A DNA stretch of 64,000 bases from Candidatus Hodarchaeota archaeon (GCA_029856365.1 JAHQWW010000010.1:1-64000), one strand, 5' to 3'. Shown: positions 30,087 to 40,956, numbered from the stretch's first letter. The notes: generated by a model not told the origin, from the letters alone. Program-made: numbers and translations.

Positions 30087-30535
30087 CAGCGAAAGAAAGA
30101 ATAGAGAATCAGATCTTTATTCAAAAATTCCTTTCGCAAGTAGCCTTCAGGAAGAAATTCAAAATGAGCAATGATTTTACGCATAGGTACATTCCAAGGT
30201 CGCGTATATATTTTCACCTTTGACCAGTCATTTTTTCGTGACAAATCCAGACAAGCTTCAATTAATCTTGTACCTATGCCATTTCCTCGGTAACTAGGAT
30301 CCACAGCTAACATATGAATCTGTGATGGGTGTTCTTTTGTTTCTGCTTGAATCAATGCAAAAGCAATGAGCTTGTTATCTTCCTCTTCTACAAGAAGTAT
30401 GACTTCTTCTTTTTCAATCCTTGAAGTTAGCAGTGAAGGGGTAGGTAATTGCATTCCAGATTCTATTTCATCTTTAAAGCAGATAGTCATTAATTCTATG
30501 ACCTTGGAGATGTCTTCTTGTTTAGAAGTTCGCAT
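30086..30535 (-). CDS. GNAT N-acetyltransferase
   Basis: LAVDPSYRGNGIG acetyl-CoA motif. Confidence 0.9.
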   Translation of the reverse strand: MRTSKQEDISKVIELMTICFKDEIESGMQLPTPSLLTSRIEKEEVILLVEEEDNKLIAFALIQAETKEHPSQIHMLAVDPSYRGNGIGTRLIEACLDLSRKNDWSKVKIYTRPWNVPMRKIIAHFEFLPEGYLRKEFLNKDLILYSFFR

Positions 30536-30758
30536 AGCTATTCCTATCTCTCTTTCTAATAAAGATGTTAAAAATCTTGAGACTCTCTAGATCCTTAAAT
30601 TCTAAAAAGATCTAAAAAGATTTTCCAAAAAAACTAATAACCTCCTTCAATGATTTCACTCATTGTAAGAGTTTAAATAATGAAAGTATTTTACATTAAA
30701 AACTAGGGAAGATCTAAAAGTATAGTTGTAATATGATTTTGCTTTTGGAAGAGAAGAT

Positions 30759-32351
30759 ATGTATTGTCCAAAATGTGGGACTATAAATCCTGAAGATGCC
30801 CAGTTTTGTTTGGAATGTGGAACAGCATTTCCTAAACCCACAAAGATGGACTTTTTCCAACCTAGTAATTCTAAGTATTGCCCAAAATGCAAGGTATCAA
30901 ATCCGATAGAGGGGAAATTTTGTTTTGAATGTGGAGCTCCTCTAGAGAAAAAAGGTCAACCTCAACCTAGTCAATGTCCAACCTGTGGAATAACAATAGA
31001 TCCCTATCGATTGTTTTGCCCTAATTGTAGTCAGTCTTTGATCGTAAAACCTCTAGAGACAAAGATGGAACAAGAACAAGTTCCATCTATAGAAACCCGT
31101 ACTGAATGTCCTGCTTGTGGACAACTCACAACAGGAGATTATTGCAGAAATTGCGGATATAACTTAACAATTCAACTGCGAAAAAGACCCATTGATTGGT
31201 GGTACTGTGATCGTGATTCAGCAATAATGACGGAAATTGACCCAAATTTACAAATACTTGTGTCTCGTACTTCTCTTGATGCCTCTCTAGCGCAAGCAGT
31301 GGGTAAAAATATTCTTCAGCACCAAGACCGTGAAAAAGCCCGTGTGATAGCCCTGCAGTTATTTGAAAGTGGTGTGACAACTAAATTTGAAGTGTTATCT
31401 CAAGTTCGTTGTCCTGTTTGTGGCCAACAATCACTAGCACCGACCACACAACGTCCCCGTCACGCAGGTATTAGCTACCCCCGAGAGATCACTTTAAATG
31501 TGAGCACCATATTACAAAATGGACTATTCTACTTCCGAACTTACCCACAACTCTTGTTAATTATTTTATGTGCAATTATAACGGATGGAGTATTGATTCT
31601 CATAGGACTAGGTAGCAGTTCTACTTTTGATATGAGCTCTTTATTTATGAATTTGATCTTACCTATTACAGCAACGCCTGTTGTTGGGACTCTTCCTCCT
31701 CTCGTCACTCTAGTTGTGGTCTTATTAATCTCTTTTATTACTAATACTTTCTTCCAGTGTTGGTATTATACCAGTCTTAAAGAGATCAAGCATAGTAAAA
31801 GAAATCATTTTGCTATAAGTAAAAGTTTTCAGAGTAGTTTCAGATTTCTCCCCCGAGCAGTGGCAGCTCAATTCATTATTTTAGGACTCTTAGTTGCTAT
31901 AGTTATCGGAGTCATTTTTGCTATAATTATATTTTCTGGAGTAATTTTTTCAGATTCTGGTAACTATGAAATATACTTCACAATTCTACTAATGTTACTC
32001 TTCCTCATAATTGTTGTATTTGCTCTCATCGCACTCATTACTATTCTCTTTAGCTATGTTAACATGTCAATTGTTTTTGATGATGAAAGTGGAGTTATTC
32101 TTAGCCTTATACGTTCATGGAAATTTGGTCGAAGATACTTTTGGACCACAGTGGGAGTTATTTTTATTCTCAGTATAGGTTCAATTGCTTTAGGATACTT
32201 GCAAACGATTATTTCTTTTCCCATCTATTTTCTCTTCAGTTCTACTCTTATTATTTCTTTGGTTTCCACCATTTCTACTCGTTTAATAGAAGCTTATAGA
32301 TCCGTAAGCTTAGGGGAAGCTTATGATGCATTCAAACACACTATCGACTAA
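30759..32351 (+). CDS. Multi-zinc-ribbon (DZR) protein with C-terminal multi-pass membrane domain
   Basis: Four CxxC..CxxC ribbons plus further Cys pairs; about 6 TM helices with SLIRSWKFGRRYFW (glycerophosphodiesterase-anchor-like). Confidence 0.85.
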   Translation: MYCPKCGTINPEDAQFCLECGTAFPKPTKMDFFQPSNSKYCPKCKVSNPIEGKFCFECGAPLEKKGQPQPSQCPTCGITIDPYRLFCPNCSQSLIVKPLETKMEQEQVPSIETRTECPACGQLTTGDYCRNCGYNLTIQLRKRPIDWWYCDRDSAIMTEIDPNLQILVSRTSLDASLAQAVGKNILQHQDREKARVIALQLFESGVTTKFEVLSQVRCPVCGQQSLAPTTQRPRHAGISYPREITLNVSTILQNGLFYFRTYPQLLLIILCAIITDGVLILIGLGSSSTFDMSSLFMNLILPITATPVVGTLPPLVTLVVVLLISFITNTFFQCWYYTSLKEIKHSKRNHFAISKSFQSSFRFLPRAVAAQFIILGLLVAIVIGVIFAIIIFSGVIFSDSGNYEIYFTILLMLLFLIIVVFALIALITILFSYVNMSIVFDDESGVILSLIRSWKFGRRYFWTTVGVIFILSIGSIALGYLQTIISFPIYFLFSSTLIISLVSTISTRLIEAYRSVSLGEAYDAFKHTID

Positions 32352-32369
32352 TATGATTCAATTGGAGAG

Positions 32370-34139
32370 ATGATCATTTTTCCTGACAACTCAACAACAC
32401 ACGATCAAACAATTCATAATTCAAATCGATATTCCCTCCTCCTTCGAATCATCAGCCTAACGGCTTTTTCAAGCCTAATATCTCTTCTGATTCTTTCGTG
32501 GGTCTCTCAGTGGAATCCTTTTGTTTGGACATTTACTCAATACTTAGGTCCTTTACTATTCTTAGGTATTTGGATCCCTTTTGCTGGATCATTTATCACT
32601 CTGAATTCGGAACTCCTATCACTTAAGAGGACATTTCCCCCTATTCTTTTCGGAAGTGTATTGGTAGTTTTAGGAGCATTATTACTGAATCAACGATTAC
32701 TTTTTGTGATTCTCGATGCCATTTCTGGCCTTTTCGTTTTAGAAACAACTACTACAAGTCAATTTGTCATGTATGAGCTTATTGTTGGAATAATTCTACC
32801 AGGAAATGAAGAAATAATGAAAATTATCCCTATTATAGTTGTAGCTCATTCTCCTGTTGTATTTTTTAATCCTGAGAAAAGTGATCCCAGTTCAGAATTC
32901 CAAACACGCTGTTCTATTGTAACCCTGAGACAGTTTGGTTTTTATGGAATGGTAAGTGGAACTGTTTTCACATTCTTAGAACTGTTTCTGTATCAATGGC
33001 AATTAGCTGGCATTCCTGAAGCAACAGAAGAGATTTTTATCCAGATATTACTTCGTACCCTCACCCCTCTCCACGTTTTAACAACATTTCTAATAGCTCT
33101 TGGAGTAGGTATCTTAAAAATACGGTTAGCAGAACAACAAAGTGCTAGAACTGCTATTCTCGCAAGTAGTGGCTATTTCATTTTGGGATGGGGCTTTCAC
33201 TCCTTTTGGAACACTATTAATGTATTTTACGAGGTTTACCGTCCCGACGCAGTTCTTGAACTTTATCTCGTGTTAGCAATGTTTGGATTGTTCTCTGTTC
33301 TCTTAATGTTTTTTGGAGTACTCAATGTTTCTAGAAAACAACCAGAAATCTGTGTCATCTGTGGTCTGGAGGAACAAGGATTCCACTTGCCACATGAAAA
33401 TGATTCAATAAAAAAAACCATTAAACCACAAAAAATTGTCTTCCCGTTTAGTATGATTACACATATAAGTGTAAATAGATTGAAAAAACGCATTTCTTGC
33501 CCATTTTGCTTTAACCCACTCATATTGGGTACATGTTCAACCTGCGGAGCCAGTACTTTTGTCACATGTCCTCATTGTAACGGATTTATTTCAGAAACTA
33601 CCTCATTGTGTCCACATTGCAATAAGAAAATAAAACCAGTAATAGAAATGCAAACTAAGGCTATTTCGTGGCCGGAAACTTTAATCTTGGGAGTTACTTC
33701 ATTAGCAAGCCTAGGCTTTCTCCTTGCGCCTATTAGTATTCTTCTCTTTGGCCAATTAGGCGTAGGGTCAATAGTCAATCCAATTCTGCTATTTTACTTC
33801 CTAATGAGCCTTACTACCCTGATAAATGTTATTATCGCGATATTCTTTAATAGAACTGCTGGAATGTTGGTATTATTCTGTTATTTCCTTTCTTTGGCAT
33901 TATTAATATTCATAATCATAAGTGGGTTTGTGATAATAGGTTTCATTAAAGGTCTCCTTACTCAAGATATTCTAGGATTGGGTTTTATATGCATAGGAGG
34001 AGCCTTCTTATTATTCATCGTGTATCGTTTTATGTACGTTTTTGTATTTAATTACTCACCAGTGTTTCCAGAATATGGAATAAATCTTATCACAAGACCA
34101 CGTAAATCATCAATGGAGGTTAGTAATAACGCGAGCTAG
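32370..34139 (+). CDS. PrsW-family intramembrane metalloprotease fused to zinc ribbons and extra TM helices
   Basis: EEIMK, FTFLE, PLH and HSFWN motifs; CVIC..H; CPFC/CSTC/CPHC/CPHC. Confidence 0.8.
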   Translation: MIIFPDNSTTHDQTIHNSNRYSLLLRIISLTAFSSLISLLILSWVSQWNPFVWTFTQYLGPLLFLGIWIPFAGSFITLNSELLSLKRTFPPILFGSVLVVLGALLLNQRLLFVILDAISGLFVLETTTTSQFVMYELIVGIILPGNEEIMKIIPIIVVAHSPVVFFNPEKSDPSSEFQTRCSIVTLRQFGFYGMVSGTVFTFLELFLYQWQLAGIPEATEEIFIQILLRTLTPLHVLTTFLIALGVGILKIRLAEQQSARTAILASSGYFILGWGFHSFWNTINVFYEVYRPDAVLELYLVLAMFGLFSVLLMFFGVLNVSRKQPEICVICGLEEQGFHLPHENDSIKKTIKPQKIVFPFSMITHISVNRLKKRISCPFCFNPLILGTCSTCGASTFVTCPHCNGFISETTSLCPHCNKKIKPVIEMQTKAISWPETLILGVTSLASLGFLLAPISILLFGQLGVGSIVNPILLFYFLMSLTTLINVIIAIFFNRTAGMLVLFCYFLSLALLIFIIISGFVIIGFIKGLLTQDILGLGFICIGGAFLLFIVYRFMYVFVFNYSPVFPEYGINLITRPRKSSMEVSNNAS

Positions 34140-34143
34140 TACT

Positions 34144-34956
34144 TTGCTTCCATTCAGACGATTAACTAAACCTAGATCAGTAGATCCTGCAGGAAACATG
34201 AAAGCAGGAATCTTCTTATTGTTCACAGGATTTTGTAGTCATATTCTCTTCTTTGAGGTTCTTGTTCTATTATTGCAATTGGATACAACCTATATGCTAA
34301 GTCTTATGCTTTTTGGAGTAACAGGGCTGCCCGAAATAGATATATTAACCCCTTTAATCATAATTTCGCTTTCTCCTTTTTTTCTAATATCTACGAATCC
34401 TCTCTTATTTTTAGTCAGCGAACTTCCCTGGATATTTTCGGGGTTTCTTACTGGACTTTTATTTGGTCCACAACATGACCGAGCGATTGTATACGCTCCA
34501 CCTATCTTCATGGGAAGTATTGCCATGTTATTCCTCATTCTTCTTTTTTCCCTTGTAGGTTTAGGAGAATTTACTCCCTTTGTTGGGATCTTATTTCTTA
34601 GTACCGTTATATTACTTCTATTTGTGATGCTAGGCCAAGTAATTCTCATACTTTCGGTGGCAATAGTCATTCCAGCTATAATAGGCTATACTCTTGGTAA
34701 AAAGAAAACTTTATTCGCGAGTACTCCCAGGATTTTCCTTGCTCAACCCGATCGTCAAGATCCTAATCATACTCGTTGTCGTTTTTTATCTCCCCAAAAT
34801 TATTGCAATGTAACAGGTAAAGTGGATATGTATTTCCCAAATATTTGTGATAATAAGTGGAATCAAGCCACATGTTCATTTTATTTAAGACAAATATCAT
34901 TTGAAAGAAAAACACAAAAATATCAAAAAGGGGATTATATCAATGAAATTCAATAA
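34144..34956 (+). CDS. Membrane protein with C-terminal Cys4 domain
   Basis: About 5 TM helices; CRF..YC..C..C. Confidence 0.7.
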   Translation: MLPFRRLTKPRSVDPAGNMKAGIFLLFTGFCSHILFFEVLVLLLQLDTTYMLSLMLFGVTGLPEIDILTPLIIISLSPFFLISTNPLLFLVSELPWIFSGFLTGLLFGPQHDRAIVYAPPIFMGSIAMLFLILLFSLVGLGEFTPFVGILFLSTVILLLFVMLGQVILILSVAIVIPAIIGYTLGKKKTLFASTPRIFLAQPDRQDPNHTRCRFLSPQNYCNVTGKVDMYFPNICDNKWNQATCSFYLRQISFERKTQKYQKGDYINEIQ

Positions 34957-35689
34957 GAAAGGATTTTTGGTACTCTTATTTATCCTTCTTGGAAGTATTT
35001 TCTTAATTACTAGCTATGGGAGTAATAACACTCCATATAAAAAACAAAAGGAATATAATGATGTCCCTTTAACAGATGATCCCACAACCCAGCCAATTCT
35101 CTTCCCTTTTGATTTTCAGTTTCCTTCGATTGACATTCCAATCATTGGTGGGGTATTTGGACTTGAAGATACTGGTTTATGGATTATATTCTTTGTATTT
35201 TTACTGATGATTCTTTTACTTATTACATCGTTGATTGTTTCTCATCTGCGTAAAACAAAAAGAGAGGAGAAAGAAAAAGACAAGGATTTTATTGAATCAA
35301 AGTATAAAGAACTAGAAATTAGACGTCAAACTCTTGGGAAACGAATTGAAGAGATTATTATTTTCCTTGAAACATGTTTGGACAACCGTTTTAGTCAGGG
35401 AATCACAGAAGGATTTGAACGACTTGATTCGGCCTTAAAAGAGTATTCAAAGATATCACGGCCAGGGTGGTTAACACCCAGAGAGTTCACTCTTCTAAAA
35501 ATCCCTTACTTTAATCATGACGCAATGATAGCTGCTGTTGAGCAGTTCTATCGTATTACGTATGGGGAAAAAATTGCAAAGCGAAGCGAACTAGAAGAAT
35601 TTATTGATTACTTCAAACAAATGATCGTTGATAAAACGGTACTCAAATGGAAAGCTGATTTACCTCCCACCCTGGAGAGCGACAAATGA
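34901..35689 (+). CDS. DUF4129-like membrane protein (probable start ATG 34943)
   Basis: Two TM helices; RPGWLTPREF...FYRITYG matches the DUF4129 TPxE/FxxxxYG pattern. Confidence 0.7.
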   Translation: MKEKHKNIKKGIISMKFNKKGFLVLLFILLGSIFLITSYGSNNTPYKKQKEYNDVPLTDDPTTQPILFPFDFQFPSIDIPIIGGVFGLEDTGLWIIFFVFLLMILLLITSLIVSHLRKTKREEKEKDKDFIESKYKELEIRRQTLGKRIEEIIIFLETCLDNRFSQGITEGFERLDSALKEYSKISRPGWLTPREFTLLKIPYFNHDAMIAAVEQFYRITYGEKIAKRSELEEFIDYFKQMIVDKTVLKWKADLPPTLESDK

Positions 35690-36918
35690 AAAAGATGCGA
35701 TCTGAATACTTATTTGGCATTTTATTCATTATTCTTGCTATACTAGTGATACCTCCACTTCAACCTGCGGCATTTACCATAGAAAACCCTAATTGGGACG
35801 GTCTTTCTAAATTTAAGACATTAATCAAGGAAAATAGGAGCGTTACTGTGAGTGAAACGACAACTCCTCTTAGACTTCTGGGAGATATTAACGCGGATGT
35901 GATTATCATCGTTGGAGGTAATTTGCCTTATTTTACAGAAGAAAGTAATTTTCTACGGCAATTCGTCGAGAATGGGGGAGATATAGTCCTTTTTGAAGAC
36001 CATGGATATGCCCGGATTTTAACTTCCGCGTTTGGAATCTCATTAGGGGGAACAGTAATTGACCAGAATCCAGATTCTCACGATCTAAATCCCTTCTTAC
36101 CTACGATCAACCAATCTGGCATAGGTATTCCTCAATCTGATTCTTCATTCCACAGGATAGTGTTTAACAAGGCTGTTAGAGTCCAACAAATACAAATCAT
36201 AGAAGAAACAACATATTACTCTCTCTTTAACACGGGAAGGAATAGTACGTGGGAGGATAAGAATAATGATGGCAAATTCTATCGAAAGGGCGAGGCAGTG
36301 AACGATTCGTGTTATCTTGGAGGGATACTAACTTTTGACAAAAATGGAGGGAACTTTATCGTTATTGGAGACTCTGCATTTCCAACAAATGATATGATAA
36401 AACGAAAAGATAATGGCATTTGGCTTTCAGACCTAATTTCGTATTTACTAGCTAACGGGGAAAGAAAAGTTCTCTTTGATGAAAGTCGAAAACTATGGAT
36501 TCCTCCGACAGGGAAAGCTGTTATCGGAACCGTTGGTGTACTACTGATGGGAGCATTTCATTCGCCTTTTATTGCTATCATTACAATGATTGTACTTGGA
36601 ACACTTATTGGAATGAAAAAGAACGAACATATCAATAGAATGGGTACCAGATTTCTAAAATCTCTACAAACACAGAAAGACACGAAGCCAATTGCCGCAT
36701 TTTTGCAGTCGGAGGAGGAAGACGAATTAGCACGTTTAACAAAACGAAGTACGTTATCAAACCTTTCTCGTGCCCTGTTAGCTGATGAGATTCGGCAAAC
36801 TGCTTCTAATATGTCTCCCTCAACAAAGATTGAATTTGAGAACTATTTGAGACAACGGTATATTGATGTGGACACGTCCACTAGGTTGATTAAAAGATTA
36901 GAAAAATATCGAAAGTAA
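35686..36918 (+). CDS. DUF4350-like (GATase-like fold) membrane-anchored protein
   Basis: NPNWDGLSKF, LRQFVENGG, IVIGDSAFPTNDMI, VLFDES. Confidence 0.75.
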   Translation: MKKMRSEYLFGILFIILAILVIPPLQPAAFTIENPNWDGLSKFKTLIKENRSVTVSETTTPLRLLGDINADVIIIVGGNLPYFTEESNFLRQFVENGGDIVLFEDHGYARILTSAFGISLGGTVIDQNPDSHDLNPFLPTINQSGIGIPQSDSSFHRIVFNKAVRVQQIQIIEETTYYSLFNTGRNSTWEDKNNDGKFYRKGEAVNDSCYLGGILTFDKNGGNFIVIGDSAFPTNDMIKRKDNGIWLSDLISYLLANGERKVLFDESRKLWIPPTGKAVIGTVGVLLMGAFHSPFIAIITMIVLGTLIGMKKNEHINRMGTRFLKSLQTQKDTKPIAAFLQSEEEDELARLTKRSTLSNLSRALLADEIRQTASNMSPSTKIEFENYLRQRYIDVDTSTRLIKRLEKYRK

Positions 36919-36939
36919 AGAAGAAGAAAAAAGGAGAAA

Positions 36940-37887
36940 ATGTTTTTGGATCCAAATGAGATCAAAGAAATTGTAGAAAACATCATCAATGAAATGCATC
37001 AGAGGGTAGTTGGTCTCGATTATGCAGCGAAAAACATTTTAGCGTGTTTTTTTGCAAATGGTCATGTGTTAATCGAGGGGGTTCCGGGAATAGCCAAATC
37101 TATGATGGCATATTCGCTTGCTGAGATCTTGGGACTAGAATTTAAACGCATTCAATTTACACCTGACCTCATGCCAGGGGATATTACAGGAGTATCTGTT
37201 TTCAATATGAAAACCCAAGAGTTCTCTTTTATTAAGGGACCTGTGTTTTCAAACATAATATTGTGTGATGAAATTAGCCGTGCACCTCCAAAAACTCAAT
37301 CTGCTATGCTGGAGGCGATGCAAGAACGTCAAGTTAGTCATGAAGGGATCACTTACAAGCTACCTGAACCTTTTCTTGTCATCGCGACTCAAAATCCCAT
37401 TGAACAGGCTGGTGTGTATCCACTACCTGAAGCACAATTGGATCGGTTCCTCATTCGCCAAATAATTGCTTACCCGAATAAGGCTGCCGAATTAGAAATG
37501 TTACAACTAAAACAAAAAGAAGATATGCTTCCTGTAAGAACACTTACCAGTTCAGAAGAGATTCTTAAAATCCAGCAGTTTGTGAGGCAAGAAGTATTAG
37601 TGTCAGGTAAAATTATGGAATATGTCGTTGATCTCATCCGTAAGACAAGAGAGCATTATGGATTAACATTGGGTGGATCTCCCCGAGCTTCAATATCCTT
37701 AATGACTGTAGCTCAAGCTCGTGCTGCTCTTTCTGGCCGTGACTATGTTGAACCAGATGACGTCAAACAATTATTCTTCCCAGTTGTAAATCATCGCTTG
37801 ATTTTGTCACCTGAAACGGAGATGGACAAAGTCCCAGTTATTCAGATCGTTGACAATATTATAAAATCAACTGAAGTTATTCTTTGA
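36940..37887 (+). CDS. moxR: MoxR-family AAA+ ATPase
   Basis: EGVPGIAKS, RIQFTPDLMPGDITG, DEISRAPPKTQSA, ATQNPIEQAG, LPEAQLDRF, SPRA. Confidence 0.95.
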   Translation: MFLDPNEIKEIVENIINEMHQRVVGLDYAAKNILACFFANGHVLIEGVPGIAKSMMAYSLAEILGLEFKRIQFTPDLMPGDITGVSVFNMKTQEFSFIKGPVFSNIILCDEISRAPPKTQSAMLEAMQERQVSHEGITYKLPEPFLVIATQNPIEQAGVYPLPEAQLDRFLIRQIIAYPNKAAELEMLQLKQKEDMLPVRTLTSSEEILKIQQFVRQEVLVSGKIMEYVVDLIRKTREHYGLTLGGSPRASISLMTVAQARAALSGRDYVEPDDVKQLFFPVVNHRLILSPETEMDKVPVIQIVDNIIKSTEVIL

Positions 37888-37904
37888 TCAAATGAGGTTA
37901 CAAT

Positions 37905-39269
37905 TTGGACTATTTTTCACATAAAAAAGAAATCACACCCCAAGGACAAATTCTTCTTGTTTTGTCTTTTATTGGTGGCCTTATTGGCATGAATTTAGGT
38001 TTGACTTTTCTATGGTTACCCTCGTTTGCGTTAATTCTCTACTTTCTCCCTTTCCTTCGTTATCATTTTTCAACATGTGATTTTTTCGCATTCCGAGTTT
38101 TTTCATCTTCTACTGTCACCTTAGGGGGATTTTTACACTGTCGTTTACGGATAAAAAATCTCCAAGATAGTCCTCTTATTCTATCATTTGAAAATCGCTA
38201 TTCAAATGAAATTATTCTCGTAAAGGGGTGGACCCACCAAACTGTAAATTTAGCTTCTGGTGAGATACGTAACTTTTCATTTATCTTTACCTTCTCAAAG
38301 CGAGGGTTTCATGAATTTTTCCCTCTTCTTATTTTCCGTGGGGATCCGCTGGGTTTATATCGAGATTCTTATGAGGTGGAAGAAACTATCCAAATACGCG
38401 TCATTCCAGCTCGTCCATATATTCGTTTGGACAAACAACAGAAAAGAAGAGTTAGAGATATTCTCACAGGTCACCATGCTTATCGAAGGCGAGGACAAGG
38501 TGATGAATTCTTTTCTTTACGAGAATACATCCGTGGTGATGAACCTCGGAAGATCTACTGGAAAGGCAGCGCTAGACAAGGGAAATTAATTTCAAAAGAA
38601 TTTACCGATGAACTAGTTTTCAGAGTATTAGTTGCAATTGACATTAGTTGGACTATGCGATCCAGAAAACTTGAATTTGCTTTGACCACATTACTTGAAT
38701 TGGCAGAAATGTCAGCAATTACTCATGATGCTTTTGGATTTATCTTGTTTGATGAAAAACCACGGAGGTTCTTGAAGCCCCTTAAAAGTCCACGGTTGTA
38801 CGAAAAAACGGCAAGACTTACATTTGACCAGGTAGTTTCTAACAATCGGACTCGTTTTGAAGCTATTCTTCCATTCATCTTCTCCTTGAAAGGTACTCGA
38901 GGATTATTAATCATAATAAGTGATACTGAAGGAATTTTAAATGAGAAGATTAAAGCCATCACTAGGTTGGCTAAATTCGGTCATAGAATCATTTTTGTAG
39001 ATTTACGTGGAGATCAGTTTGGAATTGTTCATGCTGATCTCTCTATCAAACATCTGAATACCATACAGAAACTTAAATATATGAACATTGCTCGAGAGAG
39101 GGTTGCAAGAAAATATTCAACACGTGAAAAGAAACTTCATTCTACACTGGATCAACTAGGTGGGACATATCTCAAAGTTGATTCACCTTATCAAAATCTG
39201 CTTATTATGTTGAAACAAGAGTTTAGTCAAGAAGAAATCTATTTTCCTCAATGGGTGGTGAATTTATAA
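37905..39269 (+). CDS. DUF58 (vWA-like) protein
   Basis: RRG..GDPLG; GDEFFSLREYIRGDEPRKIYWK; DISWTM MIDAS-like motif; ISD. Confidence 0.88.
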   Translation: MDYFSHKKEITPQGQILLVLSFIGGLIGMNLGLTFLWLPSFALILYFLPFLRYHFSTCDFFAFRVFSSSTVTLGGFLHCRLRIKNLQDSPLILSFENRYSNEIILVKGWTHQTVNLASGEIRNFSFIFTFSKRGFHEFFPLLIFRGDPLGLYRDSYEVEETIQIRVIPARPYIRLDKQQKRRVRDILTGHHAYRRRGQGDEFFSLREYIRGDEPRKIYWKGSARQGKLISKEFTDELVFRVLVAIDISWTMRSRKLEFALTTLLELAEMSAITHDAFGFILFDEKPRRFLKPLKSPRLYEKTARLTFDQVVSNNRTRFEAILPFIFSLKGTRGLLIIISDTEGILNEKIKAITRLAKFGHRIIFVDLRGDQFGIVHADLSIKHLNTIQKLKYMNIARERVARKYSTREKKLHSTLDQLGGTYLKVDSPYQNLLIMLKQEFSQEEIYFPQWVVNL

Positions 39270-40030
39270 TGAATTCAGATATAAATTCTACTTTAAGTCC
39301 AGAATTAACAGGTATTTGGATTTCAAGAGGGCATTCAAACTATATGAAAACCTTATTACGCATTCTTTGGGCTTCTACTGGCTTTATTCTACTAATAATT
39401 CTTATAGAGACAATTAATCAAATAGGATTAGTACCTGTCGCTGCATTCTTAATTTCTGGTTCTATTATTCTCAGTCTTGAATTTTATACATCTAGATTTC
39501 CTCATATCACAATTCCCCTCAGCCAAGGAGTTGTATTTATTTTAGCAGTGTATATCCACTTTTATAGTCTTTTATCTCAACAAGTAGGTTTTTTTGACCG
39601 ACCAAATATTCCCCTTCTTCCCGATTTACTCAGTCTAGTTTTAGGTGTAATTATTTTAATTCGGATAGTAATAGGGGTGGAATTAATCAGGTTAAATAGA
39701 CAATACCAGAATGCACGAGTTCCTCTATCTGGATATCCAAGGGGGGCCTTAATTACGTTTGAGACAAACCTGCAGCTGACTACAAGCCAAGTAAAAAAAG
39801 AATTTTTAAATGAGTCACCTAAATTCGCTATTAAGCAATTATTCAACCATTTTCTTTTCAGCATCAGTCTTTTATTAATGTTATTGACGCCATTATGGTT
39901 GAATTTATTGCTAGATGTTGTTATATATCCATATATCCTTCTTATACCAGGAATTCTTGTCTTATTACTAATATTGATTTATTTCCCTCCTGAAGTAAGG
40001 GAATCAGACTCAAAGGAAGAAAAAAGTTAG
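39251..40030 (+). CDS. Multi-pass membrane protein (probable start ATG 39269)
   Basis: About 6 hydrophobic segments; translationally coupled to the DUF58 gene. Confidence 0.7.
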   Translation: MGGEFIMNSDINSTLSPELTGIWISRGHSNYMKTLLRILWASTGFILLIILIETINQIGLVPVAAFLISGSIILSLEFYTSRFPHITIPLSQGVVFILAVYIHFYSLLSQQVGFFDRPNIPLLPDLLSLVLGVIILIRIVIGVELIRLNRQYQNARVPLSGYPRGALITFETNLQLTTSQVKKEFLNESPKFAIKQLFNHFLFSISLLLMLLTPLWLNLLLDVVIYPYILLIPGILVLLLILIYFPPEVRESDSKEEKS

Positions 40031-40143
40031 ATTGGATTAAAGAGCAGAGATCGCGCACTGACTAGATTACTAAATTAAGTTTTGTCTCAAAGAATCATGA
40101 TTTTTCCTTGGATATTCAACTCACATCTCATGAAAACTGTAAT

Positions 40144-40536
40144 TTATTCCCGTTGCATATTTTGAAGTTCCGACAGGAGAACCTTATTTGTTTCCTCCAA
40201 GTTAGAAAGTTTCTTAAAGACCTCTTTCCATATTGGAGAGATTTCCAAAGTTAATGATTGTTCGGCTTTATACGTACCCTTCTTGAAATCCAGCCAACCA
40301 AGAAAAGCAGCCAATGGAAAATAGATACTTCCAAAGACCATAAAAAAAATTGAATATGATTTTAAAATCTCTGGGATAAAGAAGAGGTTTTTAAAGAGTA
40401 AGTTATAAAAAATCAGAGTAAAATTCAACAGGGAAAAAACTAGCGCAAACCAAGAGTTATGGCCTCGTAAAAAGTATTGTTTCAAGCGGGCACCAGTATC
40501 GATTCCCTTACGGGCTTGATGTTTCATTTTTATCAT
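40144..40536 (-). CDS. Small membrane protein with C-terminal coiled coil
   Basis: Two TM helices; GAGGT RBS. Confidence 0.7.
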   Translation of the reverse strand: MIKMKHQARKGIDTGARLKQYFLRGHNSWFALVFSLLNFTLIFYNLLFKNLFFIPEILKSYSIFFMVFGSIYFPLAAFLGWLDFKKGTYKAEQSLTLEISPIWKEVFKKLSNLEETNKVLLSELQNMQRE

Positions 40537-40768
40537 GATATTATACCTCTATTTGTTCTGTGGAAAATTATTAGATTTATGTTAAAAACGAATCTGAATG
40601 AATTGAACGTTTTAGTTTTTAATCAGCTAAGAGAAAATTAATTATTTAATGAAAAAAGTTATACTCATCTTTACATAATCAGATCTTCAATAATACCACA
40701 GCGTTGATCATATGCCGAAGATGGAAGGGTTTTTATATTAGAAAGTTCATAACCTACTTGGAGAAAAA

Positions 40769-40879
40769 GTGGAAAACACAATCAATAAACTGAAAGCGAT
40801 ACTAGACTTCACTTTTACCTATGGATCTGGTCTTCTTTTCGTATTAGGTATTATTTTTCTCCTCATATTTCTTTCTTAG
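40769..40879 (+). CDS. Putative 36-aa tail-anchored membrane microprotein
   Basis: GGAG 5 nt before GTG; MENTINKLKAILDFTFTYGSGLLFVLGIIFLLIFLS*. Confidence 0.45.
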   Translation: MENTINKLKAILDFTFTYGSGLLFVLGIIFLLIFLS

Positions 40880-40956
40880 AATATTAACATAACAATCGTA
40901 ACTACCTCACAACCACAATTTTTTTAATAGAATATTCATTGTAAGGAGAATATTCC

